Notes under the pieces: generated by a model
Told to the model about the DNA's origin: nothing
What the model saw: only the letters and a program-made list of their open reading frames with translations
Database searches by the model: none
Translations under genes and position numbers: made by a program
Shown: in pieces, positions 24,592 to 36,646 of the stretch
Position numbering within the stretch: position 1 is the first letter of the stretch
How the letters are laid out: every line of letters begins with the position of its first letter
From: Chara braunii
Taxonomy: Eukaryota; Plantae; Charophyceae
NCBI GenBank assembly: GCA_003427395.1
Contig: BFEA01000032.1
Location: forward strand, 531,524 to 582,556
DNA length: 51,033 nucleotides
Reading direction: 5' to 3'

Positions 24592-26526
24592 TTTTGAATT
24601 ATCAGGGCAACCGTCCTTACCTTTATTTGTACGTCCTGTTAATTTGAACTTCTAACACTGCACGTTTGAAGTTTTGTTGGGAGTATTTATAAAGATGTAT
24701 GTAGAGAAGCATGTTACTGTGCCAGTTATATTGCTTTGTGCCTCCTCCACCTCTTTCTCATCTTCTGATAGCACTTCTTGTTCACCCTGGATTGTCATGG
24801 TAGATCGTCGCGGAAAAGACACAAATGAAACAACATTGAGCCGTGAATATACATCTATGGTAGCCGCAATAACCATTACATTGATGCAACATCAACATAA
24901 AGTGAATAACATTATGCAACAAAACGTTTATCATTTATGAGATGATTTTGAGAATGAGCAACTTAACATTAGAGTTTGTGAAAATTCTCGACTAGTCTAC
25001 TATTACGGACTCAGCCAGAGCTCGATCCCTAGTCTGCAGGTTACCACCGGCTAGGTTGCTATTCTATTTTTTTTAGTCTCTGATCTCCGGTTCCTGACTC
25101 TTGGCGCCCTCTGTAGTTGGCGTCCGTTCTTAAATCCCGCCTCTGGCACTTTTCAGTTTGGATACTTGCCGCCATCCGACATTCTAGCGCCCAAGCTCAG
25201 ACCTTCGATTTTCAGTTCAGGCCCGAAGCAAATTGCACTTCTGCTCTCGGACTCAACTTGAGGCCGGTACTTAAGACCGGACTCAAGTTGAGTTCGGGGA
25301 TTCAGTTTTCGGCCTCAGTGTTTGTGCTTCAGTGTGACTTGCTGTGACATTGTGTACGGAACCAAAATTGCGACTTTGCGACTTTGCCACTTTGTGTCTG
25401 CGTCCGTCGAGCCGTGTCGAGTTGAGTGAGTGTGTGTGTGTGTGCTCTCACTCCCTCCCTCTCTTCCCCAACCTCGCTTCTCTACCTCCGCCTCGTCACA
25501 CTGGTATCTGAGCGGTCTTGCGACCCTCCCCCTCCGCCACGACATCGACATCGTCATCACCATTCTTGGCGCCGCCACGTCATCGTCATTGCCGCTGTTA
25601 TCGTTATCATTGTCGCTACCACATCAACACCTCGTCCTTGTCCCCGCTGCCACGTCACGGATTCCTGACGTCGCCGCTCATATAAGTAACGAACAATAAT
25701 TTTTTATTTTTTTATTTTTTTCTTCCTCTTGTTCTCCTCCATCGTCATTATCATCGTCGAAGTCCTTCTTCTTCTTCGTTTTTTCCGTCGTCGTTATTGT
25801 TTCTTCTTCCTATGTTTTTTTTTCCTCTTCTTTCTCCCTCCCACTTTTTCTTTTTCTTCTTTTCCCCTCCGATCCTTCTTCTTTTCCCTCCAATTGTTAT
25901 CCTTCCTCCCCCGATTCTCTTCGCCCCCCCCGCTGCCTACTCGACCCTATCTCCCTGGCCCTGAATCTTCCCCCCCCGCTCGCACTTCGTCTGCCCTGCC
26001 AGTCCGATCATCCCCACCCCCGGTCTCGATCCCTCCCCCCCGTGCACCAACTTCCTCCGCGTCACTGTTCCTGCTCAGGCGATTCCCCCCTCATGATTCT
26101 CATTCCCCCCCCATCGCCGCTGATAGTCCATTGCGCCCCTCGACTCCCTTGCCTACCCGTGACCTCCCACTTTTCGCTCTTTCCCCCCCCGATCCTATTC
26201 CACCCCCCGACGACACTTTTGACCATCGGGATTCTGCCCCCACAAGATCTTCCCGACAGCGCCCTCATTTCCCGATCCCCATCTCGCTCCCCGTTCCTGT
26301 TCCCCCCTCAATTTCCCCCCCCATTCCCCCTGCCCCCGCTCGACTTTCCCCGATCGTTCCCCGAGTTCCCCAATTCCACCCGATCTCGACTTCACACCCC
26401 CATACCGAACCCCAACCAGGACCTCCTCTCTCTCTTCCCCATACGCAACCCACGCGATTCCCCGAACCCCCCTCTCCCCCCCCCCCCCCCCCCCCCCACC
26501 CCCCCCCTTTCCCCCCCCCCCCCCCC

Positions 26527-26565
<39 letters not shown>

Positions 26566-27170
26566 TCCTCACCACGCCACCACCCAATCAATTGTAGATG
26601 CGATCGCTCGACCCTCAATTTATTTCAACACTCATTTATTCTTCTATTTATTTTTCATTATTTGTATTCCAATTCATTCAAAATTACTTAATTAATTATA
26701 TTTTTCGATATTTTTTTTCCAAAAATATTTTTTTTTTGAAACTTTCAAAAGTATGTAGAATTAATTGTTATTTCTCAGCAGTTCTTCCTCGAAATTAAAA
26801 AATAATTTTAGTTAATTCTTTTTATTTTTTTTTGTAATTAGAAAAATATTTTAAAATTAACTAAACTCCTTCTTTTTTCGTAATTCGAAATACGTTAGAA
26901 TTAATCAAATTATTTTTCGACATTTTTTAATTCGAAAATATTACTAATTAATTCTCTTTGGAATTTTTGTAATTAGAAAATCCTTTAGAATTTTTTTTAT
27001 TTTTTTCCTTTTCATAATTCAAATTAATTATTCTTCAATATTTCTTTGAAATTCGAAATTACTTCTAATTCATTCCTTTTCGAAAATTTTGAAAATACGT
27101 TAGAATCTGGGCTAGCAGAAAGAGCCAAGGTCACAGTTCCGACCAAATATATATATATATATATATATAT

Positions 27171-27436
27171 CGGTGAAACTTCGACGAAACAGTTTGTCAC
27201 AGCCCCTCGTTTGTTGTCCTCTTCTCTCTCTCTGCCTACGGTTTACCGGACAGTTCTGTTTGTTACGATATATCTATATCTATTTATATNTNNNNNNNNN
27301 NNNNNNNNANATATAAATAGATATAGATATATCGTAACAAACAGAACTGTCCGGTAAACCGTAGGCAGAGAGAGAGAAGAGGACAACAAACGAGGGGCTG
27401 TGACAAACTGTTTCGTCGGAGTTTCACCGACTCATC
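27171..27436. mobile_element. Two inverted (tail-to-tail) copies of the (TA)n-embedded element
   Basis: 27171-27267 and 27332-27430 are reverse complements with one mismatch, separated by TA-like sequence and Ns and flanked by (TA)n. Confidence 0.6.
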
Positions 27437-27452
27437 ATATATATATATATAT

Positions 27453-27579
27453 GGCTTGTGATGGGGTGTGAACCGACAGTCTGTAGAGTTTTCCATCTGG
27501 TGTGGGTGAGTGATAGTCTACTTTGATTTTGGTTAAGGGAGATTATCATTTACAGTGTAATCAGTGAGGGGATTCTGCA
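27453..27579 (+). repeat. Dispersed repeat, second family adjacent to (TA)n; copy also at 50917-51033
   Basis: ttccatctggtgtgggtgagtgatagtctactttgattttggttaagg.agattatcatttacagtgtaatcagtgaggggattctgca is nearly identical at both loci. Confidence 0.8.
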
Positions 27580-28259
27580 NNNNNNNNNNNNNNNNNNNNN
27601 NNNNNNNNNNNNNNNNNNNNNNNNNNNNNNNNNNNNNNNNNNNNNNNNNNNNNNNNNNNNNNNNNNNNNNNNNNNNNNNNNNNNNNNNNNNNNNNNNNNN
27701 NNNNNNNNNNNNNNNNNNNNNNNNNNNNNNNNNNNNNNNNNNNNNNNNNNNNNNNNNNNNNNNNNNNNNNNNNNNNNNNNNNNNNNNNNNNNNNNNNNNN
27801 NNNNNNNNNNNNNNNNNNNNNNNNNNNNNNNNNNNNNNNNNNNNNNNNNNNNNNNNNNNNNNNNNNNNNNNNNNNNNNNNNNNNNNNNNNNNNNNNNNNN
27901 NNNNNNNNNNNNNNNNNNNNNNNNNNNNNNNNNNNNNNNNNNNNNNNNNNNNNNNNNNNNNNNNNNNNNNNNNNNNNNNNNNNNNNNNNNNNNNNNNNNN
28001 NNNNNNNNNNNNNNNNNNNNNNNNNNNNNNNNNNNNNNNNNNNNNNNNNNNNNNNNNNNNNNNNNNNNNNNNNNNNNNNNNNNNNNNNNNNNNNNNNNNN
28101 NNNNNNNNNNNNNNNNNNNNNNNNNNNNNNNNNNNNNNNNNNNNNNNNNNNNNNNNNNNNNNNNNNNNNNNNNNNNNNNNNNNNNNNNNNNNNNNNNNNN
28201 NNNNNNNNNNNNNNNNNNNNNNNNNNNNNNNNNNNNNNNNNNNNNNNNNNNNNNNNNNN
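27580..28259. other. Assembly gap (N run)
   Basis: Run of N. Confidence 1.
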
Positions 28260-28669
28260 TTTTGGCATAGCTAAATGCCCTGAAANTTTACAGATGTGTA
28301 CTTCACATAATACAAAACCCACTAAAAAAGTTTCAAAAAATAATAAAATTGTNTAGACCCCGAACTAAAGTGAAACAAAAAAGTCAAAAGTGAAAAAAAA
28401 CATGGGCGAGCATGTTTTGACACCACCATCTTTGGCGATTTTCAATTCTTATTTGGCTAAGCCAAATGACTTGAAAATTTATAGGGATGTACCTCACATC
28501 ATAGAGAACTCAGAAACAAGAATTCAGAAAACAAAAATTATTTTTAGGCCCCAAATTATTTTTTGCGGGGGTCGAACGCCGTCGGGTTCGGGCCCCGTAC
28601 GGGACCCCGAACGCCCGAACGTACGGAGGTCCGCCCGGGGGCCTCCGTACGTACGGGTTGGTAACCCTA
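28260..28669. mobile_element. Terminal fragment of a hAT-like DNA transposon
   Basis: Ends ...cgtacgggttggtaacccta, i.e. TAGGGTTACCAAC on the other strand, resembling TAGGGTGACCA-type hAT TIRs. GC-rich subterminal palindromes at 28575-28657. The other end is probably in the N gap. Confidence 0.5.
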
Positions 28670-28674
28670 TATAT

Positions 28675-28742
28675 CGTCAAATAGAACTGCCCGGTAAACC
28701 GTAGGCAGAGAGGGAGAAGAGGACAACAAACGAGGGGCTGTG
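28675..28742 (-). mobile_element. (TA)n-embedded short element, ~68-bp copy
   Basis: cgtcaaatagaactgcccggtaaaccgtaggcagagagggagaagaggacaacaaacgaggggctgtg, flanked by TA runs. Confidence 0.65.
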
Positions 28743-29593
28743 ATATAGATATATATTTTTAAATTTTATTTTTTATTTTAAATTTGGTGAAGAATTTCGA
28801 TGTGACCCTGAGGCAAAAGTTATTCAGTTTATGTTTTTGCATAATGTGGTTTTGTTTCAAATTGTTTGGATTTTTTTTTTTTTTTGCTGAGACCTTCCAT
28901 TGTCCTTGCACGGGCTCCCACCCGGGACCCTGGCGGCCGGACTGGTAGCCTATGTTAGAATTAATTAATTTGTTTTTCGATATTTATTTTTCAAAATTCA
29001 AAAATAATTTTAATTAATTATTTTGCTCGTATATTTTAAAATTTTAAAATTCAATTTTATAAAGTTTTCCTGAAAATTCAAAAACGTCTTCTGTTCTTTT
29101 CAAAATTCTTTCTTGAAATTGAAGAATATTTTACTTCAATCCTTTTTCAAAATTTTCACGTTTTCTTGTAAAATCATACCCCAAAATTAATTTTGAATAA
29201 ATTTAAACCCAAATTGGAATTTTGTTTCCTTCGAAACCAATTATTTTTTTCTTTCTTTTTCCGATACTTTCAGCGGAAATTTTTGGAAAATTTACTTATG
29301 CAAGTTCATCCCTCGGATTCGTTTTCAATTTCTTTCCAAGGCGTATTTTCGAATTAATATCGAATGACTTTAATTGATTCAAATCGGAATTAATATATTT
29401 TAATTCTTGTTTTACGAGGTTTATTTTTTTTGGAAAGTGTCTTCTTTGATAAATCGCTTGATGACGTTCTACTCTTGTAAATAGGGACCCCCCCCTGGGC
29501 ATGCCACGTTGAACCAGAAACTCTCAACGCGCAACAACTGACGCCGCGACTGTTGCCACCTCATCTGTCGCTGTCACGACTTCCTCCCCTACC

Positions 29594-29856
29594 ATGGCCC
29601 AATCATCCAACATTGATATATCCGGCATCCACACCGACTTTGTCGACAACATCGCCTGCAACCTCGCAGGCGAACAAAGATCAGGACCCGATGCTGCCAC
29701 GGATCGAGCGACACTCGTCCGCATGGTAACAACCATCCACTCATCCATCAACGACATCAAAACGTCCGTCTCCACCATCTGCTTTCGTCTGATCGGCATC
29801 CAAAATCAAACCCCGCCATCCAGATTGTCACCATCACGTCTCCCCCCCCACCTCGG
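29594..29856 (+). pseudogene. 5' part of an older gag-like ORF interrupted by the LTR element
   Basis: ATG at 29594 (MAQSSNIDISGIHTDFVDNIACNL...) is open up to the TSD. The C-rich composition matches the sequence that resumes at 43645. Confidence 0.55.
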
Positions 29857-32800
29857 TGTCGGGCGACCACAATCCAGTCGGCCACCTGAAATACACAGGA
29901 TTGAGCCTTGGGCTAAGCGCCCAGGGGAGAATTGACCTGCACTTCCATCAGACCGGTCGAGATAAATTAGGGGTAGGGAAGGGACCCCTTGAAGACCCTT
30001 CCGTCAATTGTTAGAAATGACCGTTGAAATCGACATGATGAACAACCGCCCCAACCGCCCCTAGCGCTTACCCTTTTTTCTTTTGATCTAAGGTTGTTCC
30101 CGTTGCAGCCGGCCGTGGTGACGAGATACGGTTTTAGGGCTCGGCGCGCCCCTTTTCACACTAAGCACTTGACGAGGGAAGGGACCCTCAATTTTTATTA
30201 ATNGGGCTCGGCGCGCCCCTTTTCACACTAAGCACTTGACGAGGGAAGGGACCCTCAATTTTTATTAATTCTAACAACTAAATTAAAATTGAAAAAAAAA
30301 TCAAAAATAATAAAAGCAGAGAAAACAAATGATTAGTTGTTATTTGATTAATTTTTTATCAGAATTTATTTTTGATGAAATTTTGTCCGGAATTATTTAT
30401 TTACCCCGAGACCGTTGATCCGTGCGAGTTTCCGACAATTATGAACCCATGCGTGATTTGGCCTGATTGATCTGATTATTGCCCTTGCATTAATCCAGGT
30501 GTATTGAGTGAGTGAGACCGAATTTGGGCCGCGGCGACGTTTTGACACTATTTGCGGACACTTTCGGCGGACTGTTATTCTACCTCAGCGCTAGCATTAT
30601 TTTTTGGGGCTTCAACTCCGGCTTCAGCATGGTCGCTGATTTGATCTTATTGGGAATTCTGAGGCAGTACTGGCCTTATTAACACCACACGATGGGTGAC
30701 ACAAGGGCACGGTCAGCTCCACGCAAGTATTCCGGGCCCTTTGGTTGTGTACCAGACCGGTGGCCTCGGTACCACTGATGCCCGTCGCTATTGTGAGGTG
30801 CACGAGGCCGCAAGGGTACCTGTTGCGGATGTACCATGGGATATAGGGAGAAATAAAGGAGTACAGGGGCATTCCGAGACCGATGCGACAGGAAGGACCG
30901 CAGCGCACGGACAGTGAACGACGACGAGCGCAGCGAACGTACCTGTTCGAGAAGCGCAATGGTTCTGTGCTGGTCACGGTCAACGATAGCTATGGCGACA
31001 GTGTGTGTATGCAGTGAAATTGAGAGAGGATAGGACATCGGACCTGAGGTACGGGGCCGCGTGGATGGTGTTTGTTCGTGCCTGTTGATGTGATCAAGTG
31101 GGCTGCAATCAAAGAAGCTCTGGGAAGAGAGGGATTGGTTGTGAGAGCGACTGCGCAGGCCCGCAGGCGAGGTACTGCGCAGAGAGAAAGACTGCGCAGT
31201 GAGATAGAGAGGGACTGCACAGTGAGAGAAAGAGAGAAGGACTGCACAGTGTGGAGAGAGAGACTGCGCAGTGAGAGAGAAAGGGACTTCGCAGTGAGAG
31301 AAAGAGAGAAGGACNNNNNNNNNNNNNNNNNNNNNNNNNNNNNNNNNNNNNNNNNNNNNNNNNNNNNNNNNNNNNNNNNNNNNNNNNNNNNNNNNNNNNN
31401 NNNNNNNNNNNNNNNNNNNNNNNNNNNNNNNNNNNNNNNNNNNNNNNNNNNNNNNNNNNNNNNNNNNNNNNNNNNNNNNNNNNNNNNNNNNNNNNNNNNN
31501 NNNNGAGAGAGACTGCGCAGTGAGAGAGAAAGGGACTTCGCAGTGAGAGAAAGAGAGAAGGACTGCACAGTGCGGAGAGAGAGACTGCGCAGTGAGAGAG
31601 AGAGGGACTGCGCAGTGAGAGAAAGAGAGAAGGACTGCACAATGAGAGAGACAAGGACTGTGCAGTAAGAGAAAGAGAGAAGGACGACACAGTGAGAGAG
31701 CGAGGGACTGCGCAGTGAGAGAGAGATAGAGAGAGAGCGAGGGAGAGAGGGAGAAAGGGAGCTACCCTGCGGGAATCAATGGGAGAGGGAGAAAAGACTG
31801 TGTGAGAGAGAGATGGAAGAGAAGAGTGATGTGGGTTGATATGGGATTCTGTTTCCTTATATTATTATTAATTTTAAAATAATAATAATTATTACTATTT
31901 TCCTTCTTTATTTTTGCTCATGCCTGTTCATAGGCACGCGCAGACTGCAGATGAGCCGGGCTTGAGAACTTGGGGGGGAGAGTATTCAATGACACCCACA
32001 ATCAATGCATGCGCGGGGTAATCAAGGAGTTTCACAAATCCTGCACGAACTAGACCTTGATTTTGGAGCTTATTCCCACGCGGGAAGGACACTCACCTTT
32101 TAGGTGCACGAGCAAGGACGCTACCCTGGTTATATATGAGCACGGGTACCAGCTCGCCTGAAGTATATCGAGTACGGCTCCAGTCAAGAATTGGGAAGTG
32201 CGTGTGTCGTGTGCTGATAGAAAAGGATGTTCGATACTATTGAACTCTGCTACGCTTTCTTGAATTGAAACAAACGAAAACTCACTCTTGGCTAGATACG
32301 CGCCGGGTGGGGGCAATCAAGACCATTGACCTGTCAACCAAGCATACGTAAAGGAGCTATCGATCAAGAAAATGGTCTTACCGCAAATTTGTCTCGTGAG
32401 TAATAAGTCCATGCCATGAAGAAGGAAAGTGGGAATGCACATTCCCATGTTCTTGTTGAAGGTTCATCAAACAAGTAAGCAGGAAAGGCGGTTGAATATG
32501 AAGATGCATCTTCCCATGTTCTAGATGAAGATCCATTTTGAATAATGATGCAACGTTGCAGTGCACGGCACTGTATCATCCCATGTTTTAGCTGCTAATA
32601 TATGAGTGATTGATGAGCAGAAAAACATGGAACACGGAGGCTCGTCTTTCAATCTTCTAGTTGAAGATTCATTCTTATTTCCCTCATTGGTTGGGTGATC
32701 CAGCGAGGCCGGGCTGCAATGAAGACAACAAATATTTGGTGAGCATTCGTGGTGCGCAGAAATAAAGAATATGACACCATATCTTCCCAGCTGTACGTTC

Positions 32801-32872
32801 ATTCTCATTTCCCTCCCGGTTGGTAATCAGGCTCTGTCCTTATCCAGATTCATGTATGAAGAACACCCGAGA

Positions 32873-32954
<82 letters not shown>

Positions 32955-34514
32955 AAAAAGGAGAGACTGGGCTGCTGAACCTCGAGACAACTCACAACAG
33001 CGGCATTGCTGCAAATTACAGGTGATTTTTTTTTTTTTAATTTATTTATTTTTTTTGTTTTTATTTTTGTTCATGCCTGTTCATAGGCACGCACAAACTG
33101 CAGATGAGCCAGGCTTGAGAACTGGGGGGGGAGAGTATTCAATGACACCCTCAATCAATGCACAGGCGGAGTAATCCTGCTTTGTTTTTGGGTCTCTCAT
33201 GGGCGACTAGGTTCAGCCATCACCGGACTGTGCTTGAGCCACTCGTAGGAAGGGAAGAGGGAGTGTTACAGGGAGATACCGATGCACTGTGATCCCTGTC
33301 TGGTGATGACTATGGTTATCTCGGTATCTGGTTAATGAAGCGCCTGCACCAATCACTAAGTTTGCCGCGGTCTCTGCCCGCCCCCTCCTGACTCAATGGT
33401 ATTGTTCCCCGTCCAAGTGCGGGAGAGGAATTGAGAGTGTGAACGTGGGCAAGTGAAAGGGGAAGAGAGAGTGTGCGTGAGAGCGAGGGGAGGAAATTTG
33501 CCTACCCTTATCAGTGCACCAGAGTCAGAGGACGGGCGGGATAATTCAAATCAAGTCCTCAAGTATGTACTCTCGCTAATACTCAAGTGCTTCCGTGATC
33601 AGACTTATCGACTCTCGAATATTGAGTACACAGATTTCCCCTGTGTTCTATTAAAATTCAGGGGAGGACCCGAGACTATTCAAGTGCTCCAAGTGATCAG
33701 ACTCATCAAACTATGAATATTGAGTACACAGATTGCCCTTATTCTATTAAAGGAAATTGAACTCGATAATCGACACGCTGGTGATCGCTAGGGGGAACAG
33801 TCCTTTTTGCCGACCCGACAATCGACAATTTCCACTACCGGCGGGAGCGATCCCTTCCGGTACTCTACCAATCAAGCAAAAACCGCCGCTGGCGGGAGTG
33901 GTTCCTTTCTGCTGATCTACCAATCAGCTAGTCCGCTGGTGACGGCAACAACCTTTTTAACTGATCTGACAATAGCCTGGGGAAAGTATCAAGAGAGGCT
34001 GAACACTGTAGTCTGTAGGTGATTGACTTCCCTAGTGCGCAGGTGATGGAATAGGCCTGCGCGAGACAAGTCATTTCAGAAACGAGTGACACGTCACAGT
34101 CCAGGATTTGGGTTATCAGGAAACGACACCAACAGTGACCGGTGCGACCTAGTTCACCAATAGACTTAGCTACAGAGGAACATGCTATAAATTTAATGGT
34201 TTTGCGGGGAGCAGATCTCAGCTATCTCCATGTAGATCCGGGGATCTGCTGGAGCGGTTCTGGGCGGGATTCGAGCCTGAGACTCAGGTTTACAAACTAG
34301 AGCCATTAATTTTATTTCATTTATTATTCATTTATTTTCGACGTATGAACAAAGTTTTCTCATACAGTTTTTCAGAGGGGGGCACGACAAACAGCGCAAG
34401 CCCCAGTCACCCTGCTGGTCGATGAAGACCTCAGCAGCGGGCGCATCGAGTGACAGGTGTTGTAGCGCTTGGCTTCAGCGAACGGTAGGTGACCCCTCCC
34501 CAGGTTTCCTCACA
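29857..34514 (+). repeat. 5' LTR (~4.66 kb including an N gap)
   Basis: Begins tgtcgggcgaccacaatccagtcgg and ends ggtttcctcaca. Colinear with 39313-43640 along its whole length. Confidence 0.92.
31148..31745. repeat. GA-rich minisatellite (~24-26 bp, GACTGCGCAGTGAGAGAAAGAGAGAAG-like) in the 5' LTR
   Basis: Tandem gactgc(g/a)cagtg(a/c)gaga... units. Spans N gap 31315-31504. Confidence 0.9.
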
Positions 34515-34518
34515 ACTT

Positions 34519-34536
34519 TGGCACCGTTGTCGGGGA
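34519..34536 (+). other. Primer-binding site complementary to tRNA-Asp
   Basis: TGGCACCGTTGTCGGGGA lies 4 nt after the LTR end. It matches 16/18 to TGGCGCCGTTGCCGGGGA, the complement of the plant tRNA-Asp(GTC) 3' end used by Athila-type elements. Confidence 0.85.
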
Positions 34537-36110
34537 GGGGACTTCACCCCCAAGGCCGCAGCCTTCCCCAATCAACGGGGGTGCCCATACTGATTGGCAG
34601 ACCGCTAATTAGTTTGATTTAGCGGGTCCTTTTGTGACTAGTTTTAGTTTTTGGTATTTTTTTTTTTATTAATTTGTTTTTCTTTGATATATCCTGATCC
34701 GCACGTTTTTGCGCGAGCTGCCCTGGGAGTAAAGTTCATCCTTGCATCGAGGCTGATAATCTGATATCAATTCTGTGAAGATCTAACGACTAGTTTTAGA
34801 GAAAATCAATTTTTAAAATTTTTTTCTGATTATTAATTTGAAAATTTACGATTCTTTTATTTATTAATTACGGAAAATTGGGGCAAAATCAAGGGAAAAC
34901 CGCAGGGGGCAAAGTTGTTCGATTTAGTTTTCCTGATGCTTTGAGACCTTAGTCGGTGAAAACGGACTTCGTTTGGGAAAACGGCGGGCTCCGACAGCGA
35001 CAAAAAATAACAGAAAATAAAAAGGAAATTGGATTTTCTTTTGATTTTTTTTAAAATTAAAAGAAACAAAAATAAAGAAAAGTAATCCGATAAATTTCCT
35101 TTTTGGGCTTAGAAGAATCTAGTAAAAATTTACCGTGGTGAATTGGGGTTTACGGTGCGCATACTGCAGCGCGCAAAAACCCTAAACCCTAATTGAGGAA
35201 ACCCTAATTAGGGGAAACCCTAATTAAGAAAAACCATAGTTGGGGGAAGTCCTAAATAAGAGTAAACATATAATACTATATTAGAGGTTAAAATTAACGT
35301 GCGGCCAAGAATTTGGAAAAATTTCATTTGTTTACAACTTTCTTTAATATTATATATAAACTCGACATAATTATTATAAATTTATTAAAATCAAATTTTT
35401 ACCTTTTTAATCATATGGCTTGAGTTTTCGTTTCCGCAGCCTCGATTTAGGGACATTGTCCCAAACCCCTTTCCAGCGGGGGGGAGGGGACTGCACCCCC
35501 AAGGCCTCGGTCTTCCCCAATCAAACGGGTGTGCGCTGGCTAATCAACAAGTAACTAACTAACTTTAAATACGTTAATTCGTTGATTATATTTTATTTTT
35601 GTTTATTTTTGTGATTCGTTTTTTTTACGGATATCTTATGATCCGGACGTTTTTGCGTGAGCCACCCCGGATCAAAGTTCGTTCTTACGTTAAGGCGAAC
35701 GTTTTGGTACCTTTTCCGCCAAAATCTAATGGCTGGAAATTCCCCAGATCAAAGTTCGTCCTTGCGTTAAGGCGAACGTTTTGGTACCTTTTCTGCCAAA
35801 ATCTAATGGCTGAAAATTGAGATAATCAAAATTTTCATATTTTTTTAAATAAAATTTTGAAATTTTTAATATTACTTTTATTTTAACTACGGGATATCGA
35901 AGGGGAATTGGAAAACAACCGCCGGGAGCAAAGTTATTCCTTGTAATTTCCCCGACATTTTGAGACCCTAGCCGGGGAAATTGGACTTCATTTGGGAAAA
36001 CGGCGAACACCAACAAATACTAAAAATAATAGAAAAAAAAAAGAATTGATTTTTTTTTTGAATTTTGTTAAAATAAAAGGAGATAAAAAAGAAAAGTAAT
36101 CCGATAACCT
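34530..36110 (+). repeat. Duplicated ~600-bp leader segment inside the LTR element
   Basis: ggggaggggact.cacccccaaggcc...tccg.acgtttttgcg...tgagacc.tag.cgg.gaaa..ggacttc.tttgggaaaacggcg...aaagtaatccgataa at about 34532-35094 and 35481-36107. AAACCCTAA repeats lie between them at about 35177-35225. Confidence 0.8.
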
Positions 36111-36646
36111 TTTACCTTAAACCCAAAGGGATCCCACGAAAAAATTTTGCAGTGATTACACTGTGCGTGCGGTCGCGCGCGAAACAGAAGGTCCGACTCC
36201 GGACCGCGAGGGCTCGCTCGAACCACGACAAGGGATCGATCTTCCGGTAGAGCCGCCTTGACGTTTCTTTTCTAGTCATTTCTATACTTCTCTCTATTGC
36301 CTATTTCTGACTGTTCTAAGCCTTCCTTCTCTCATACGGCAGTCAGCGGTTAGAGGTGTTCCGTCATCCCGCCCGCCCAAAAACAAGTGTAAGTGCTTTA
36401 GTCCGACAAATCTATAGGTCTGGACTGCTACTTATTTTTGACGACTCTCATATTAGGATGAGATTCTATCTTGCCGTGATAGACACAAGGACAATCTGGA
36501 CTGTGTCAACAGATCCACTAGGTTGGAGACATGAAGGAGTAGTTCATCATGGGTCCGGGCTGGATGAGTGATTCTAGCTAGTTTATCGCCCACTACCCGG
36601 ACTTATTCATTAGGTCCGGGCTCCAAAAGAGCCACTTACACCAGAT

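Noticed and set aside
25729-26695. Pro-rich ORFs resembling extensin/formin
   Set aside because: They arise from low-complexity C/T-rich DNA and poly-C/poly-T runs, are open in several frames and lack an ATG start or domain motif.
27171-27430. Perfect hairpin as a miRNA gene or MITE
   Set aside because: The arms are two copies of a dispersed TA-embedded element around an N gap, and the inversion could be an assembly artefact. It is treated under the TA-element finding instead.
30137-30270. Exact ~60-bp tandem duplication in the 5' LTR
   Set aside because: It is centred on a single N at 30203 and absent from the 3' LTR, so it is most likely a contig-overlap artefact.
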